Positions 19,493 through 30,769 of a stretch of DNA of 64,000 bases are shown one piece after another. A model generated the notes under the pieces. It saw only the letters and a list, made by a program, of their open reading frames with translations. It was not told the DNA's origin and ran no database searches. Location of the stretch: the NCBI GenBank assembly GCA_963701095.1, contig OY969564.1:1760001-1824000 (forward strand), written 5' to 3'. The stretch is from an uncultured Methanoregulaceae archaeon (GTDB lineage: Archaea > Halobacteriota > Methanomicrobia > Methanomicrobiales > Methanospirillaceae). The position numbers were made by a program, and so were the translations under genes. How positions within the stretch are numbered: position 1 is the first letter of the stretch; the number at the start of each line of letters is the position of its first letter.

Positions 19493-20680
19493 ATGGTACG
19501 CCAATTCACTGACCCAAGAGAATTAAGGGGACTGGCAATTCTCAGCCAGCCCGGTACGGTCATCCAGACCGGCAAGAATGTATGGGATGTTCGATCACAG
19601 AGCAAGGATGCCTATTACACCGTAGCCAGATTCTTCCCTGAGGACCGGAAGGCCAAGATCCTTTCTCAGGCAACCTGGACATGCACTTGCCCCGACTTTT
19701 TAACTCGCCATACGACGTGTAAACATCAGTACGCCGTCATGCTCTCGTTAAAACTTGCTGGTGATATAGAGGAGCACAGCACACCCGCACAGGTTGAGGA
19801 ATCTGAGCCAAATATTCTCTGCCCGGTCTGCAAGAGCGAGAATGTTATCAAGTGGGGAATCCGGAAAACAACATTCGGAGAGAACCAAAGGTTCCGCTGC
19901 CATGACTGCGGCCACAGATTTGTTATAGATAGGGGATTCTGCCGGATGAAGAACAGCCCGAAAACGATCACCCTCACCCTTGACCTCTACTTCAAAGGCG
20001 TATCACAGAGGAAAATTGCTGACCTCCTAAAACAGTTTGAGGATGTTAGCGTTTCCCAGCCCACAATCCTTGAATGGATTAAGAAATACTTGAAACTCCT
20101 TGCTAAGTATTCCGAGAAATACAAAGCCGACGTCGGTAACATTTGGCATTGTGATGAGACAACGGTGTTCATCAAGAAGGAGGGGGAAAAGAAGTATTAC
20201 CAGTGGATCTGGAACCTCATGGATGCCAAGACCCGCTACCTCCTTGCCTGCCAAGTCTCGGAAACCCGCTATGTCAAAGATGCACGCAAGCCGTTACAAA
20301 AGGCAAAAGAAGTGGCTCTAAATGTGCCGGACGCGATCGTAACCGATGGACTGCCAGCTTACCCTGAGGCAATCAAGGCAGAATATTATGGACTCGGAAG
20401 AATCCAGAACCCCCACATCCGGCTGAAAGATTTCGAGACAAAGCCAAACAACAATATCCTCGGAAGGCTTAACGGAACCTTCCGTGAGAGGACAAAGGTA
20501 GTGCGGTCATTCGATAGTGGAATTGGAGCTGAGGAGTTCGCTACTGGGATGCAAACCTATTACAATTATATCAGACCGCATCAGGGAATCGGTGGGCTTG
20601 TACCAGCTCAGCTTGCAAATATCCCAATTAATCTGACAGGGAACCGATGGGAAACGATGATCGGATTGGCAGTAAAATAA
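19493..20680 (+). CDS. IS6-like DDE transposase with N-terminal SWIM finger and Zn ribbon
   Basis: CTCPDF..CKH (SWIM), CPVC...CHDC, WHCDET (D221), IVTDG (D285), NNILGR (G where the catalytic E is expected), YNYIRPH. Confidence 0.9.
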   Translation: MVRQFTDPRELRGLAILSQPGTVIQTGKNVWDVRSQSKDAYYTVARFFPEDRKAKILSQATWTCTCPDFLTRHTTCKHQYAVMLSLKLAGDIEEHSTPAQVEESEPNILCPVCKSENVIKWGIRKTTFGENQRFRCHDCGHRFVIDRGFCRMKNSPKTITLTLDLYFKGVSQRKIADLLKQFEDVSVSQPTILEWIKKYLKLLAKYSEKYKADVGNIWHCDETTVFIKKEGEKKYYQWIWNLMDAKTRYLLACQVSETRYVKDARKPLQKAKEVALNVPDAIVTDGLPAYPEAIKAEYYGLGRIQNPHIRLKDFETKPNNNILGRLNGTFRERTKVVRSFDSGIGAEEFATGMQTYYNYIRPHQGIGGLVPAQLANIPINLTGNRWETMIGLAVK

Positions 20681-20688
20681 TTTTTAGT

Positions 20689-21213
20689 TTAATTTGTTTT
20701 TGGAATTGGGATAATGCCTGCTCTTTTCAGAACACTTTCAACTCTGTCAGAATAATTAGGTTTTAAAGCAGTGACTATTGCTACTAATTGCTTATCATTT
20801 GATCCCACGTCTGTGTTGTCTAAAACAAAATATGCTGTGGCAATAAGAGATAATTCTACGGCATTGAATTTTCCAAATTTTGTAACAATACGATCAATTG
20901 CATCGGTTGTTGATTTTGTAAGTTCAACGCCACTTAACAATTCAGTAGAATCGATTTTGATGTCATACCCCTTGTCTTCAATCCAGTCAATTTTTAATAA
21001 TTTAGATTCTCCGGCAAAAGTAACGTCTTGCGAGACTTGATTGGAATACGGCCCATAATGGTACATTTTGTAAGTATAATCTGTAATTCCCTCTCGATTC
21101 AAAAGGAATATTATTTTTTGTATTGCCGTCGTACCAACTTGATGTTTTGTGGAAGTCAGTAATTTTTGGGTAGTATACGTTATAATTTTCAATCTATCTT
21201 TAAGTTCCGTCAT
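20689..21213 (-). CDS. YwgA/DUF4065-like winged-helix protein (cargo)
   Basis: IQKIIFL...YKMYHYGPYS motif; start overlaps the HD gene stop. Confidence 0.7.
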   Translation of the reverse strand: MTELKDRLKIITYTTQKLLTSTKHQVGTTAIQKIIFLLNREGITDYTYKMYHYGPYSNQVSQDVTFAGESKLLKIDWIEDKGYDIKIDSTELLSGVELTKSTTDAIDRIVTKFGKFNAVELSLIATAYFVLDNTDVGSNDKQLVAIVTALKPNYSDRVESVLKRAGIIPIPKTN

Positions 21214-22462
21214 AATCCTAACCTCGCAATTATTTTTTTTGCTTTTTCATAATCCTCAGATTTAACATAAACTCTGGTAAATTTTGTGTTCCCTAATAAA
21301 GACATAATGCGTGAGTAGTGTGAAAGTGGATGGGCATGCCCATCTTTATCAATTATCATGATTCCAGCACTAGGATCAAGATCGTACCATGTTTTTCCCG
21401 GGTCGTCTTTGATGCATTCTATACCTTTACTTCCAAATGATTTAGAAATTTGATCTAGATTTGCTTCATGGTTTTCAGATAGGTTTTCAATTTTATAAAT
21501 GCATTTTAGATGATTTCTTGAACAAATTGATTTACACCAATAATTATTACTCGTAAGAATATTCACCCACACAGAATAATCATCATATTTTACAAATTCA
21601 TTAATTTCAGATGGAGGGGGGTATTCGTTGATGATAGATTTTAGTGCCCGATGAAGCATAATGTCATAAGACCTCCGCACATCGTGAAAAATGACTTGCG
21701 AATATATCTGATAACGCGCAAGTATCATTGCCTCTGCATTTTGCCATCCGTCTTCATTTATCCCAATAACGGGATCATCGGTTTCTGGGTGTGTTCCGAT
21801 TGAAATAGTTCCAAGAATCCTCGCTAAATCATATATTCCATATTTAACACCAATATGGTAAGAATCTCGTAAAAGATAATCGGCTCTATCTGCATCCAAT
21901 TGACTTGAAATTATTGATCCCCAGAATAGTTTCGATGCCCCCGCAGTTGGATCTCTTTCTAGCACTTGCGCAATCTCATCAGAAGAAATACGAAGATTTG
22001 CTTTATTATGGGGGTTTCCTTCTATCTTCTCTTTAGTGGGCCTTTAATCAAAGCAACAGTATAATCTTCATGAGTATAACGTTTATTTCCAGATTTAATT
22101 GGAAAAAGATCCTCCCCGGAGTGCGAAAATGGGCTATGGCCTATATCGTGAAGCAATGCAGCTAATCTAATTACAAATAGCTCTCGCTCCAATCCGATAT
22201 CTTCATACTGGAATTTATCTCTCAAAATATTGTTGTTTTCTTCGTAAGATCGAATAGTGTTAAACATCGCGTCTGCGACGTGCATTACCCCCAAAGAATG
22301 TTCAAAACGCGTGTGGGTTGCTGCCGGATAGACCATCTCAGTTAATGCGAGTTGTTTGATTCGTCTTAGCCGTTGAAAAATTGGATGAGATATAATGGAT
22401 TTTTCGAAATCGGTGAACTCTATGAATCCGTGAATTGGATCGCGAACTTCATTCCAATCCAA
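21210..22462 (-). CDS. HD-domain dNTP triphosphohydrolase-like protein, SAMHD1/YwfO family (frameshift near 22032)
   Basis: RDPIHG, FQRLRRIKQL, HTRFEHSLG, LLHDIGHSPFSH, LDADRADYLLRD; one A missing in an A-run; TTG start after GAGG. Confidence 0.88.
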
Positions 22463-22600
22463 TAGAACGCCTCTTTTTTGAATATATTTCCTGAAAGAAT
22501 ATATTTTTCTATATTGGTTTTGAAAATGTGTCAAATTTATCGGTTCATGGAAGTATGCTTGCGCGACCACCCGTGAGTTATCACTGGGGGTCAAATTTAT

Positions 22601-22626
22601 CGAACCCCCGCCAACCTATCAGAACC
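22601..22626 (-). repeat. Right terminal inverted repeat
   Basis: CGAACCCCCGCCAACCTATCAGAACC, followed by target duplication CTCTTGTT. Confidence 0.92.
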
Positions 22627-22655
22627 CTCTTGTTAATATGCCAGGAAAAAAAAGG

Positions 22656-23261
22656 TCAGTCAATACGGGATATTTTGAAGAGCGAATAGACCGGTACGCC
22701 ATCAATGTCCCGGATACCGCGCTTATCGAAAATAACCCATATTGCTACCGGGACTGCACCATGTTTCTTAAGGTATTTGACAACCTCACGCATCGTGTTC
22801 CCTGACGTGATAACATCATCGACAATAATGCACCGTTCCTTGGCCACAGGTGCAAAGTTCCCGCTGATTGACCCGACGGGATGGTCGCTGGCGTTCTGTT
22901 TTGAGGGATGATAGATAGCCAGCTGGGATGCTTCCTGGACTGATATAACCGTCGCTAACGGGATGCCGGAAAGAGCAATTCCCACGATAACATCTGCGGA
23001 TGCGGAAGCTGGGTCTTTCTGCGAACCATAATACCGGTTCATCAGCATTAAGGCGATCCCGTCAAGCAAAGGAGCCTGGCTGCTTACTGCCGTCCAGTCG
23101 ATGTGGACATCCTTTGGCGCTGCTGCACCACCATTTGCCTGGGTCAAAAGCCAGGTCACTGTTTCCATGGAGAGGGAAAGTTCGTCTGCAATCTGGCCGG
23201 GGCTGTGACCTTCTGATAAAAGAAGTTTAGCTCTGGCGATCAGATCGTCAAGGGAAGACAT
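22656..23261 (-). CDS. PyrE-like protein with N-terminal HTH (GfcR-type)
   Basis: [24 protein letters not shown] plus PRT motif [10 protein letters not shown]. Confidence 0.88.
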   Translation of the reverse strand: MSSLDDLIARAKLLLSEGHSPGQIADELSLSMETVTWLLTQANGGAAAPKDVHIDWTAVSSQAPLLDGIALMLMNRYYGSQKDPASASADVIVGIALSGIPLATVISVQEASQLAIYHPSKQNASDHPVGSISGNFAPVAKERCIIVDDVITSGNTMREVVKYLKKHGAVPVAIWVIFDKRGIRDIDGVPVYSLFKISRID

Positions 23262-23281
23262 GCAAAAAGGTTCGTGGTAAT

Positions 23282-23737
23282 CTATTTAAGTTTTCTTTTT
23301 ATGGCCGAACCGCAGACCGGGCATTCGCCGTCTGTTTTAAAATACCGGCCACAGCCGCTGCACCGGAATTTCCACTGGATCTTTTTTGCCTGCCGTTGCT
23401 GGAGTGACAGGACAGGAATGCCTAAGCCAGAAGCCACGTTCTGGATCGCAAAATCGTCTGTAACGATAGTTGCCCCCAGCTCTCCGGCAAGGGCAAGGAC
23501 ATCACAATCGGTACCGGAGATCACCTGGAGATCGCCGGATTTTTCTGCCGCGACCAGAATCCGGGCCCGTTCACCGGCGTCCGGGAGACGCACCTGGAGC
23601 CCGGATTCGGTCAGGAGATCGAAACGGCATTTGCTGGCAAGATCAAGGAGCTCATCCACCACAGATGGTGTTGTGTAGTATTCCCCGGTGAGCGGGTAGT
23701 TCGCAAAAAAAAACGAAGCATCGAGGATGTATTTCAT
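23282..23737 (-). CDS. nob1: Nob1-like PIN endonuclease with Zn ribbon
   Basis: [17 protein letters not shown]...CPVCG. Confidence 0.88.
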   Translation of the reverse strand: MKYILDASFFFANYPLTGEYYTTPSVVDELLDLASKCRFDLLTESGLQVRLPDAGERARILVAAEKSGDLQVISGTDCDVLALAGELGATIVTDDFAIQNVASGLGIPVLSLQQRQAKKIQWKFRCSGCGRYFKTDGECPVCGSAIKRKLK

Positions 23738-23782
23738 GGTCCTTTCACCAAAACCGGAAAATGACCGGGCGTTTCGGCTTTT

Positions 23783-24628
23783 TCAGCCCCTGATGGCAGC
23801 AGCAATGCTTTTTGCGGCTGAGAACCTGCTACAGCTTCGTTCAATAGTGTCACTGCAGCATATATCCCGGACCTCGCCCACTTTAAGATGAGTATATGCA
23901 CCACCAATTAACACGCCGTGAACGCAGATGGCATACACATCGGTCGCTCCCTGTTTATACAACATGTTTGAAGCCGTGGCAATAGTACCTCCCGTTGAGA
24001 TAATATCGTCCACAATTACAACCGGCCGCGAAGCGGCACAGAGCTTTTTTGGTGCCATCTTTACTTCGACTCCCGATAGTCGGGTTTTTTCAAGATGATC
24101 ATAATCCCACCCCCCTTTAGATGCAACACTTTCTGCGAAAGCCAGTGCCCCGTCATCGGGGGCAAGTATCAGGGGATCGGACAGGCCCATAGATGCGATA
24201 CAGTCGCCAATATCTCCGGCGAGAGAAATATTGGTAACCGGTACTTTGAAGTAATTCAGCACTGACGGTTCGTGGATGTTGACCGTGATGCAATCCTTTA
24301 TTCCTTCCCCGAAAAGCCCCGCTATCGCCCGGGCACTTATCGGTTCGCCGTCCCTGAACCGTTTGTCCTGCCTGGCATACCCCATGTAAGGAAGCACAAG
24401 GTGATTTTTTGATCCTTCACAGGCATCGATGAGGAGGAGCAGCTGGATGAGCGCATCACTGTCTGTGATGCTTCCCACGATGACCGTTTCGTCATCCAGT
24501 TTGCCTGCGGCCAAGTATAACTCGCCATCAGGAAACCGGGAGAATTTCACATCGACCACAGTAGTATTCAACGCGGTGGCGATGCGGGCGGCAAGAATCT
24601 GGGATTTTTCCGTGCTTATCACTTTCAT
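23783..24628 (-). CDS. prs: Ribose-phosphate pyrophosphokinase
   Basis: FPDGE, PYMGYARQD, IVDDIISTGGT. Confidence 0.95.
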   Translation of the reverse strand: MKVISTEKSQILAARIATALNTTVVDVKFSRFPDGELYLAAGKLDDETVIVGSITDSDALIQLLLLIDACEGSKNHLVLPYMGYARQDKRFRDGEPISARAIAGLFGEGIKDCITVNIHEPSVLNYFKVPVTNISLAGDIGDCIASMGLSDPLILAPDDGALAFAESVASKGGWDYDHLEKTRLSGVEVKMAPKKLCAASRPVVIVDDIISTGGTIATASNMLYKQGATDVYAICVHGVLIGGAYTHLKVGEVRDICCSDTIERSCSRFSAAKSIAAAIRG

Positions 24629-24820
24629 GATACCATACCTGTTCCCGGGAAGGGTTCGGGAATTTCATTTCCCGCTTTACTATTACATTCTGCCGGTAGT
24701 ATTATTTTTGCCTAGGCTTTTGTGAGGTAATATCGGAGTGTTGCATACTGCTGAAAGTACTTAAACTATCATGCGTCAAAGTATATGCACACTAGAGGGT
24801 CAAAAAGAGGAAAATTTCCA

Positions 24821-26779
24821 ATGGAAAATTCAAAACCAGAAGGTCAAGAACAGGAAAATACTGCCGCTCCGATAGCACAGCCGGGAACGGTAGCTTCAGC
24901 ACCGGAAACGCCCGTTATTGAAGGGGCATCTTCCCAAATTCAGGTTCCGCCAAAGCTGATCGATCAGGTAATCGGCCAGGAACGCGCCGTTGAAGTAATC
25001 CGGAAAGCCTCAACCCAGCGCCGGCATGTGATGATGATCGGGAGCCCGGGCACCGGCAAATCGATGCTTGCAAAAGCAATGGCTGAGCTCCTGCCCAAAG
25101 AAGATCTTCAGGATATCCTTGTCTACCCCAACTCTGACGATCCTAACAATCCTATTATCCGGACAGTCGCCGCAGGACGAGGCAAACAGATTGTCTCCGC
25201 GCATAAGATAGAAGCCAAGAAAAAGATCCAGTTCAGGAACACTCTTCTCCTGATCCTCCTCATCGGTATTATTGGCTACGCGTTCATCACGTACCAGTGG
25301 CTCATGGGAATTATCGCGGCAGCCTTTGTATTCATGGCGCTCCGCTATACGATGCCCCGTGAAGAAGCAATGGTGCCGAAACTCCTTGTTTCAAACGACG
25401 TGAAGAGTAATCCGCCGTTTATTGACGGTACAGGGACCCATGCCGGCGCCCTTTTGGGGGATGTCAGGCATGACCCGTTCCAGAGTGGTGGACTTGAGAC
25501 GCCGGCACACGACCGGGTAGAAGCCGGCGCGATTCACCGGTCTAATGGGGGCGTGCTTTTTATTGATGAGATCAACACCCTCGATCCCCATTCCCAGCAG
25601 AACCTGCTGACCGCTCTCCAGGAAGGGGAATTCCCCATCACCGGCCAGAGTGAGCGATCCAGCGGTGCGATGGTGAGAACCGAACCGGTTCCCTGCAGGT
25701 TCGTTATGGTCGCCGCCGGAAATCTTGACGCAATCCAGGGCATGCACCCGGCACTGCGTTCCCGTATCCGCGGGTACGGGTACGAGGTCTACATGGCTGA
25801 AAGCATGGAAGACACGCCGGAGAACCAGCAGAAATATATCCGGTTCATTGCGCAGGAAGTCAAAAATGATGCGAAGATCCCGCATTTTGACAAGAGTGCC
25901 ATCGATGAGATTATCCGCGAAGCCCGCCGGCGTTCAAACCGCAAAGGGAACCTTACCCTGAAACTCCGTGATATGGGCGGTCTTATCCGGGTTGCCGGGG
26001 ATATCGCACGGCAGGAAGGTGCGACGCTGACGACAGCGGAGCATGTTATCACTGCAAAGAAGACAGCGCGATCGATTGAAGACCAGGTCTCTGATGAAGT
26101 CACCCGCCACCTGAGGGAGTACGAGATGACGGTTGTCGAAGGAACCCGGATCGGCAGGGTAAATGGCCTTGCGGTCACCGGCAGCGATGCCGGGTCCGTG
26201 CTGCCGATCATGGCAGAAGTAACACCTGCCATCGGTAAAGAGGGCGGGGAAGTTATCGCTACCGGGTTACTCAAGGAGATTGCGCAGGAATCCATCAAGA
26301 ACGTTTCCGCCATCCTGAAAAAGTTTACCGGAAAGGATGTGAAAAACATCGATATCCATATCCAGTTCATCGGTACGTATATGGGTGTCGAAGGCGATTC
26401 CGCGTCAGTCAGCGTTGCAACAGCCGTGATCAGCGCTATTGAAGGGATCCCTGTCAGGCAGGACCTGGCAATGACCGGTTCCCTTTCTGTCCGTGGGGAC
26501 GTCCTCCCGGTCGGCGGCGTGACCTACAAGATCGAGGCGGCAGCAAAAGCCGGGATAAAGACTGTGCTCATCCCCCGGATGAACATCAATGATGTGCTCA
26601 TTGAAGAGCAGTACAAGTCCATGGTGACCATTATTCCGGTCGATACCATTGATGATGTCCTCAAGCAGGCGCTTGTCCCGGAGAACATGGACGGGTTCCT
26701 TTCGAAGCTAAAACAGATGGCTGTTCGTTCGACCTCGGTTTTTGCTGATGTGCCGGCCATCAAAACAACGACGGCATGA
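24821..26779 (+). CDS. lonB: Membrane-bound ATP-dependent protease LonB
   Basis: GSPGTGKS, two TM helices, GDSAS catalytic Ser and YKIEAA Lys. Confidence 0.95.
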   Translation: MENSKPEGQEQENTAAPIAQPGTVASAPETPVIEGASSQIQVPPKLIDQVIGQERAVEVIRKASTQRRHVMMIGSPGTGKSMLAKAMAELLPKEDLQDILVYPNSDDPNNPIIRTVAAGRGKQIVSAHKIEAKKKIQFRNTLLLILLIGIIGYAFITYQWLMGIIAAAFVFMALRYTMPREEAMVPKLLVSNDVKSNPPFIDGTGTHAGALLGDVRHDPFQSGGLETPAHDRVEAGAIHRSNGGVLFIDEINTLDPHSQQNLLTALQEGEFPITGQSERSSGAMVRTEPVPCRFVMVAAGNLDAIQGMHPALRSRIRGYGYEVYMAESMEDTPENQQKYIRFIAQEVKNDAKIPHFDKSAIDEIIREARRRSNRKGNLTLKLRDMGGLIRVAGDIARQEGATLTTAEHVITAKKTARSIEDQVSDEVTRHLREYEMTVVEGTRIGRVNGLAVTGSDAGSVLPIMAEVTPAIGKEGGEVIATGLLKEIAQESIKNVSAILKKFTGKDVKNIDIHIQFIGTYMGVEGDSASVSVATAVISAIEGIPVRQDLAMTGSLSVRGDVLPVGGVTYKIEAAAKAGIKTVLIPRMNINDVLIEEQYKSMVTIIPVDTIDDVLKQALVPENMDGFLSKLKQMAVRSTSVFADVPAIKTTTA

Positions 26780-28115
26780 CAGAACCTCCCGGCATCCGGT
26801 ATTACGACCTGCGTCAGGTTAACGGCCAGTCTACGCATATCGATATCGATAAAGGTGTGATAGAATCTGCCGGAACCGTTTTTTTCAATAAGGCTGTAAT
26901 CCGGGTCTCGGGCCTAAAGGCTGGGGAGTACTCCAGCTCGACAATTACCATCATGAACACGGCAAAAAATTTGACGAATTATTAACATCTGCCCAAAAAC
27001 TCTCAGCCGTAGCCGATGATACGATAAACCTGGGAGATGCACCCCGCAGCCTGCGACCTGTCCCCCCGGTAAAAGAGGACTGTCGTGACGTTGATATTGA
27101 AGAAAAGGCATCACTCCTCCTTGCCATCGAGAAAGCTGCAGACCTGCCCCAGGTGACCAGCCGGCGGGCAAATTATCTTGAAAGGATCGAAAACGTCAGG
27201 TTCATAGACAGTTCCGGCAGTGAATACGGCTACGAGATCTGCCGATCCGGATTTTCGGTGATGGCTGTTGCTTCCCGCAACGGGACCGTCCAGATGGGAT
27301 ATGAACCGGATCATACTATCCGGGGGTTCAATCTCCGGCACCGGGAAGATATGGGAAGAAAAGCTGCAGAAACGGCAATTGCCCTTCTTGATGCCAGTGC
27401 TGCAAAAGGCGGAAAAATGCATGCCATCCTGGATCCGGAACTTGCAGGTGTGTTTGCCCATGAGGCAGTCGGCCACGCGAGTGAAGGTGACCTTATCGAG
27501 GAAGGTAATTCCGTCCTGAAAGGAAGGATTGGAGAGAAGATCGGGGACGCCCGCCTTACCATCGTTGATGACCCGTCCCTGCACGAATTCGGATTTGAGC
27601 CTGTAGATGCTGAAGGCATATCGGCGGACAGGACCGAAATCATCAGCGCCGGGAAGGTTAACGCATTCCTGCACAACCGTCAGACACTTGCCGCGGTGGG
27701 AAATGGCGTTGCAGGTCACGCCCGTGCCATGCCCGGGGAACCGCCGCTTGTCCGGATGAGTAATACCTTCATTGAAACGGGAGATGCCACCGACGAAGAA
27801 ATCTTTGCTGAATGCAAAGAGGGGATCTATCTTGTTGGCTCAAGAGGCGGGCAGGTAGATCCGGGCAGGGGTGTTTTCCAGTTCAACGCGGAGTACGGTT
27901 ACCTGATCGAGCATGGGGAACGGACACGGATGGTCCGCGACGTTTCGCTCTCCGGTGAGATCCTTACAACCCTTCACGGTATTTCCCTGTGTGGCAGGAA
28001 ACGGGTTATGCACTCGGGATACTGCGGAAAAGGCGGCCAGAGCGTGCCGGTGAGTGACGGAGCTCCTCTGATGTTTCTCCGTGATGCGGTGGTGGGTGGC
28101 AGTGGCGTGGATTGA
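26776..28115 (+). CDS. tldD: TldD family metalloprotease (frameshift near 26907)
   Basis: [23 protein letters not shown]-terminal IRV/LGPKGWG split by one missing base. Confidence 0.88.
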
Positions 28116-29392
28116 GGACCTGTTTAAAGAAGGTGAAAAACGGGTCGAAGAACTTGAGGTATATTGTTTTTCGGGGACTTCGGTCTCTGCCGATCTGAAA
28201 CAGAGCCACGTAAGTCTCTGCTCATCATCCGTCGAGAGCGGCCTGTGCATACGGACCATCAATAAGGGAAAGATAGGATCGTCAAGTACAAATGATCCGG
28301 GTCAGTGGCAGGCATGCCTTGACGCTGCCATTGCAGGTGGCAGAGCTCGCTACGCCGCAGGAATGGAGAGGATTACCGGATCCTGTCATACTGCCGTCGA
28401 CTCATTTAACATACGATCCCCGTATTATAGTGGAACCGGCAACGGCACAGACTCTTCTCGACGGCATGCTTGAGGGAGCTGCAACTTACCCTGATGCGAT
28501 GGTTACTTCCGGTGGCGCAGGAATTTCGGTCGGCGAAATTACCTTTGCCAACAGCCATGGTGCCCGTTATATATCCCGGCACTCGGAAGTATCAATCTCG
28601 CTTGAAGCGATCAGTGGCCAGTCTACGGGGTATGAATTCGACAATGCCTGTGTCCATGGAAGGGTTAACCCGCATCGTGTAGGGGAACAGGCCGCATTCT
28701 TTGCGTCACGGTCAGCCGGCGGAAAGGATGTTCCCTCCGGTGAATATGATGTCATCCTTTCTCCTATGGCATACGCGGACCTTCTTTCCGGGATCTTTGT
28801 GCCGGCATTAAACGGGCGAAACGTATTGCAGGGCCGCTCGAAGCTGGCAGGAAAGATTGGAGAATCTGTTACATCTCCTATACTATCCATGTTTGACGAT
28901 CCTCACTTGAAGGATACCTCCGGAAGCACGTGGTTTGATGCTGAGGGAACACCCACCCGGCGGCTGGACTTCGTTAAAAACGGGGTTCTCAACGGGTTTG
29001 CGTACGATCTCAAGACTGCCTATAAAGCCGGGAAACAGTCTACCGGGAGTGCAGTCAGGGGAGGATTTGCCGGGCTTCCCGCTATTGGGCACCATAATTT
29101 TGTTGTAGACGGGAAACGTGAAGATGTACTTGACGAACCGGCAATCTATGTGCATAGCGTCGTGGGAGCCCACACTGCAAACCCCCTGAGCGGGGACTTT
29201 TCAGTCGAGATGTCGAACCCCTTCTGGGTAAAAGATGGTGCCCTTGCAGAACCGGTCCGGGGAGCAATGCTCACGGGCAATTTCTTCGATCTCCAGTATC
29301 AGGTAACTGCCCTAGGTAAAGAGAGCCGGGCCGTTGGATCCTTTATTGTTCCCCCGGTAAAATTCAACAAGGTCAGGGTTATTGGGAAATAA
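28102..29392 (+). CDS. pmbA: PmbA/TldE family protein (frameshift near 28335)
   Basis: Follows tldD; FDAEG, STGSAVR, GAHTANPLSGDFS. Confidence 0.85.
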
Positions 29393-29788
29393 AGATCTTT
29401 TAATCCTGTGTTCTCCGGTTCGTACCGTGATGAAGGAATCGATAAGGGTATTCTATTCTCATGGTTTGCGTGTGAACGCTCGTTCATGTGCGTTTCTCCA
29501 GAGCCCGATTTTTGCATGTCCCTATGAGAGTCTATGCGGATTTATCTGTCCGAGGTAAAAGGTATGGATATAGGCCACTTGCCCAGTCAATATTACGTCG
29601 GTGATTTTTGCATGTCCATAAAGAAGGGCACAGATCAGGTGGATAATAGGATGAAACATAAGCTTTTCAAGTGTGCAACGGGTATGGAAATTATGCAAAA
29701 AGGTCCATTGGATATTCCGATGGAATTATGAGAAAGGAAAGTATCGTTAAACACTTCCGTTCCAAACAATCTCCCTTTACTTGAGAGG

Positions 29789-30167
29789 TCATCCGGCTAA
29801 AAGATGGGGTAGAATCACAGAGGCGTTATTGAGTATAACGACGGTATACATGACGATCAGTACTGCATATAAAGCAGTACCTGATCCCTTGACCCGGGCT
29901 TCTGCAATGATAGCGACGGCGATAACAAGGATAAGAATACCGATTTTGAGGAGCATGTGCAGGAACGGCGAGTTCACTACCCCGGACATCATGGGATTGA
30001 GTCTCCATTCCTCCCAAATTAAGAATGAGCTGAGTGGTCAGAATGTCAAGCAGGAAAAGACCTGCAAGAATAGAGGGAAGGATTATCCATAGCGGGATAC
30101 TTGTTCCAGCTTTTTCGGGACGAATATGGCAGTCATTCCGAAGAACTCCCCTGCTCCTATCGGCCAT
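29789..30167 (-). CDS. DUF5658-like small membrane protein (frameshift near 30003)
   Basis: LDILTT...GGME/NPMM motif split across two frames. Confidence 0.6.
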
Positions 30168-30426
30168 ACTTATAGTCCCTAAAATAAATACTTTCCTATG
30201 ATGATATAATTTAAATTCATAGTTTTCAAAGGAAATTCTCTGCAATTTGAAAGCTAATTGTTAATAATGTAGTTTTTTTAAACATAATTAGTTTACTTAT
30301 TCTCAATAAAATATAGTAACTCTTTAATATTCTTGGTATAACCGCCATTTTGCGAATTTGAAGTCAAAACTTCCAAAATCCATATGTTCAAATATTGGTT
30401 CCGCGTATGAAAATCTTGGTGAGTAT

Positions 30427-30636
30427 ATGAAAATCAGTGCACGAAACATGTTGAAGGGAAAAGTAAAAATGATCATACCGGGCAGTGTAAATTCGGAAAT
30501 TACGATTGAGCTCCCAGGTGGGCAGGAAATTACCTCCATCATCACGAAGAAATCTGTGGAAAATCTCGGTCTTTCTGTTGGTAAGACTGCCTATGCAGTT
30601 ATAAAATCCAGCGAAGTAATGATCGCGATAGACTAA
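30427..30636 (+). CDS. Mop/TOBE molybdate-tungstate binding protein
   Basis: MKISARN..KG...SIITKKSVENLGL..G..AYAVIKSS. Confidence 0.92.
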   Translation: MKISARNMLKGKVKMIIPGSVNSEITIELPGGQEITSIITKKSVENLGLSVGKTAYAVIKSSEVMIAID

Positions 30637-30769
30637 TCTCAAACTCTTTTTAGGTGTCTATAAGCGAATCAATTTGGATTCTAAGTGAGTTCTAAATGCC
30701 AAACAACCAGTTCAGGTAAACGTCGAAAAGGGTGTTTAAGAGAGTTAATTGTAAGTTCTGGGAGCACTT

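Larger units (their letters stand above)
15238..22626. mobile_element. 7,389-bp IS6-like cargo transposon with central transposase
   Basis: Left end GGTTCTGATAAGTTGGTGGGGGTTTG and right end (reverse complement) GGTTCTGATAGGTTGGCGGGGGTTCG match 23/26; CTCTTGTT duplicated at 15230-15237 and 22627-22634; DDE transposase inside; AT-rich cargo. Confidence 0.92.

Noticed and set aside
15238..22626. Casposon or provirus
   Set aside because: No Cas1, family B polymerase, capsid or tyrosine integrase; the enzyme is a DDE transposase.
24821..26779. Inteins in LonB, CDC48 or the helicase
   Set aside because: Protein lengths are ordinary and no intein splice-junction or LAGLIDADG motifs were seen.
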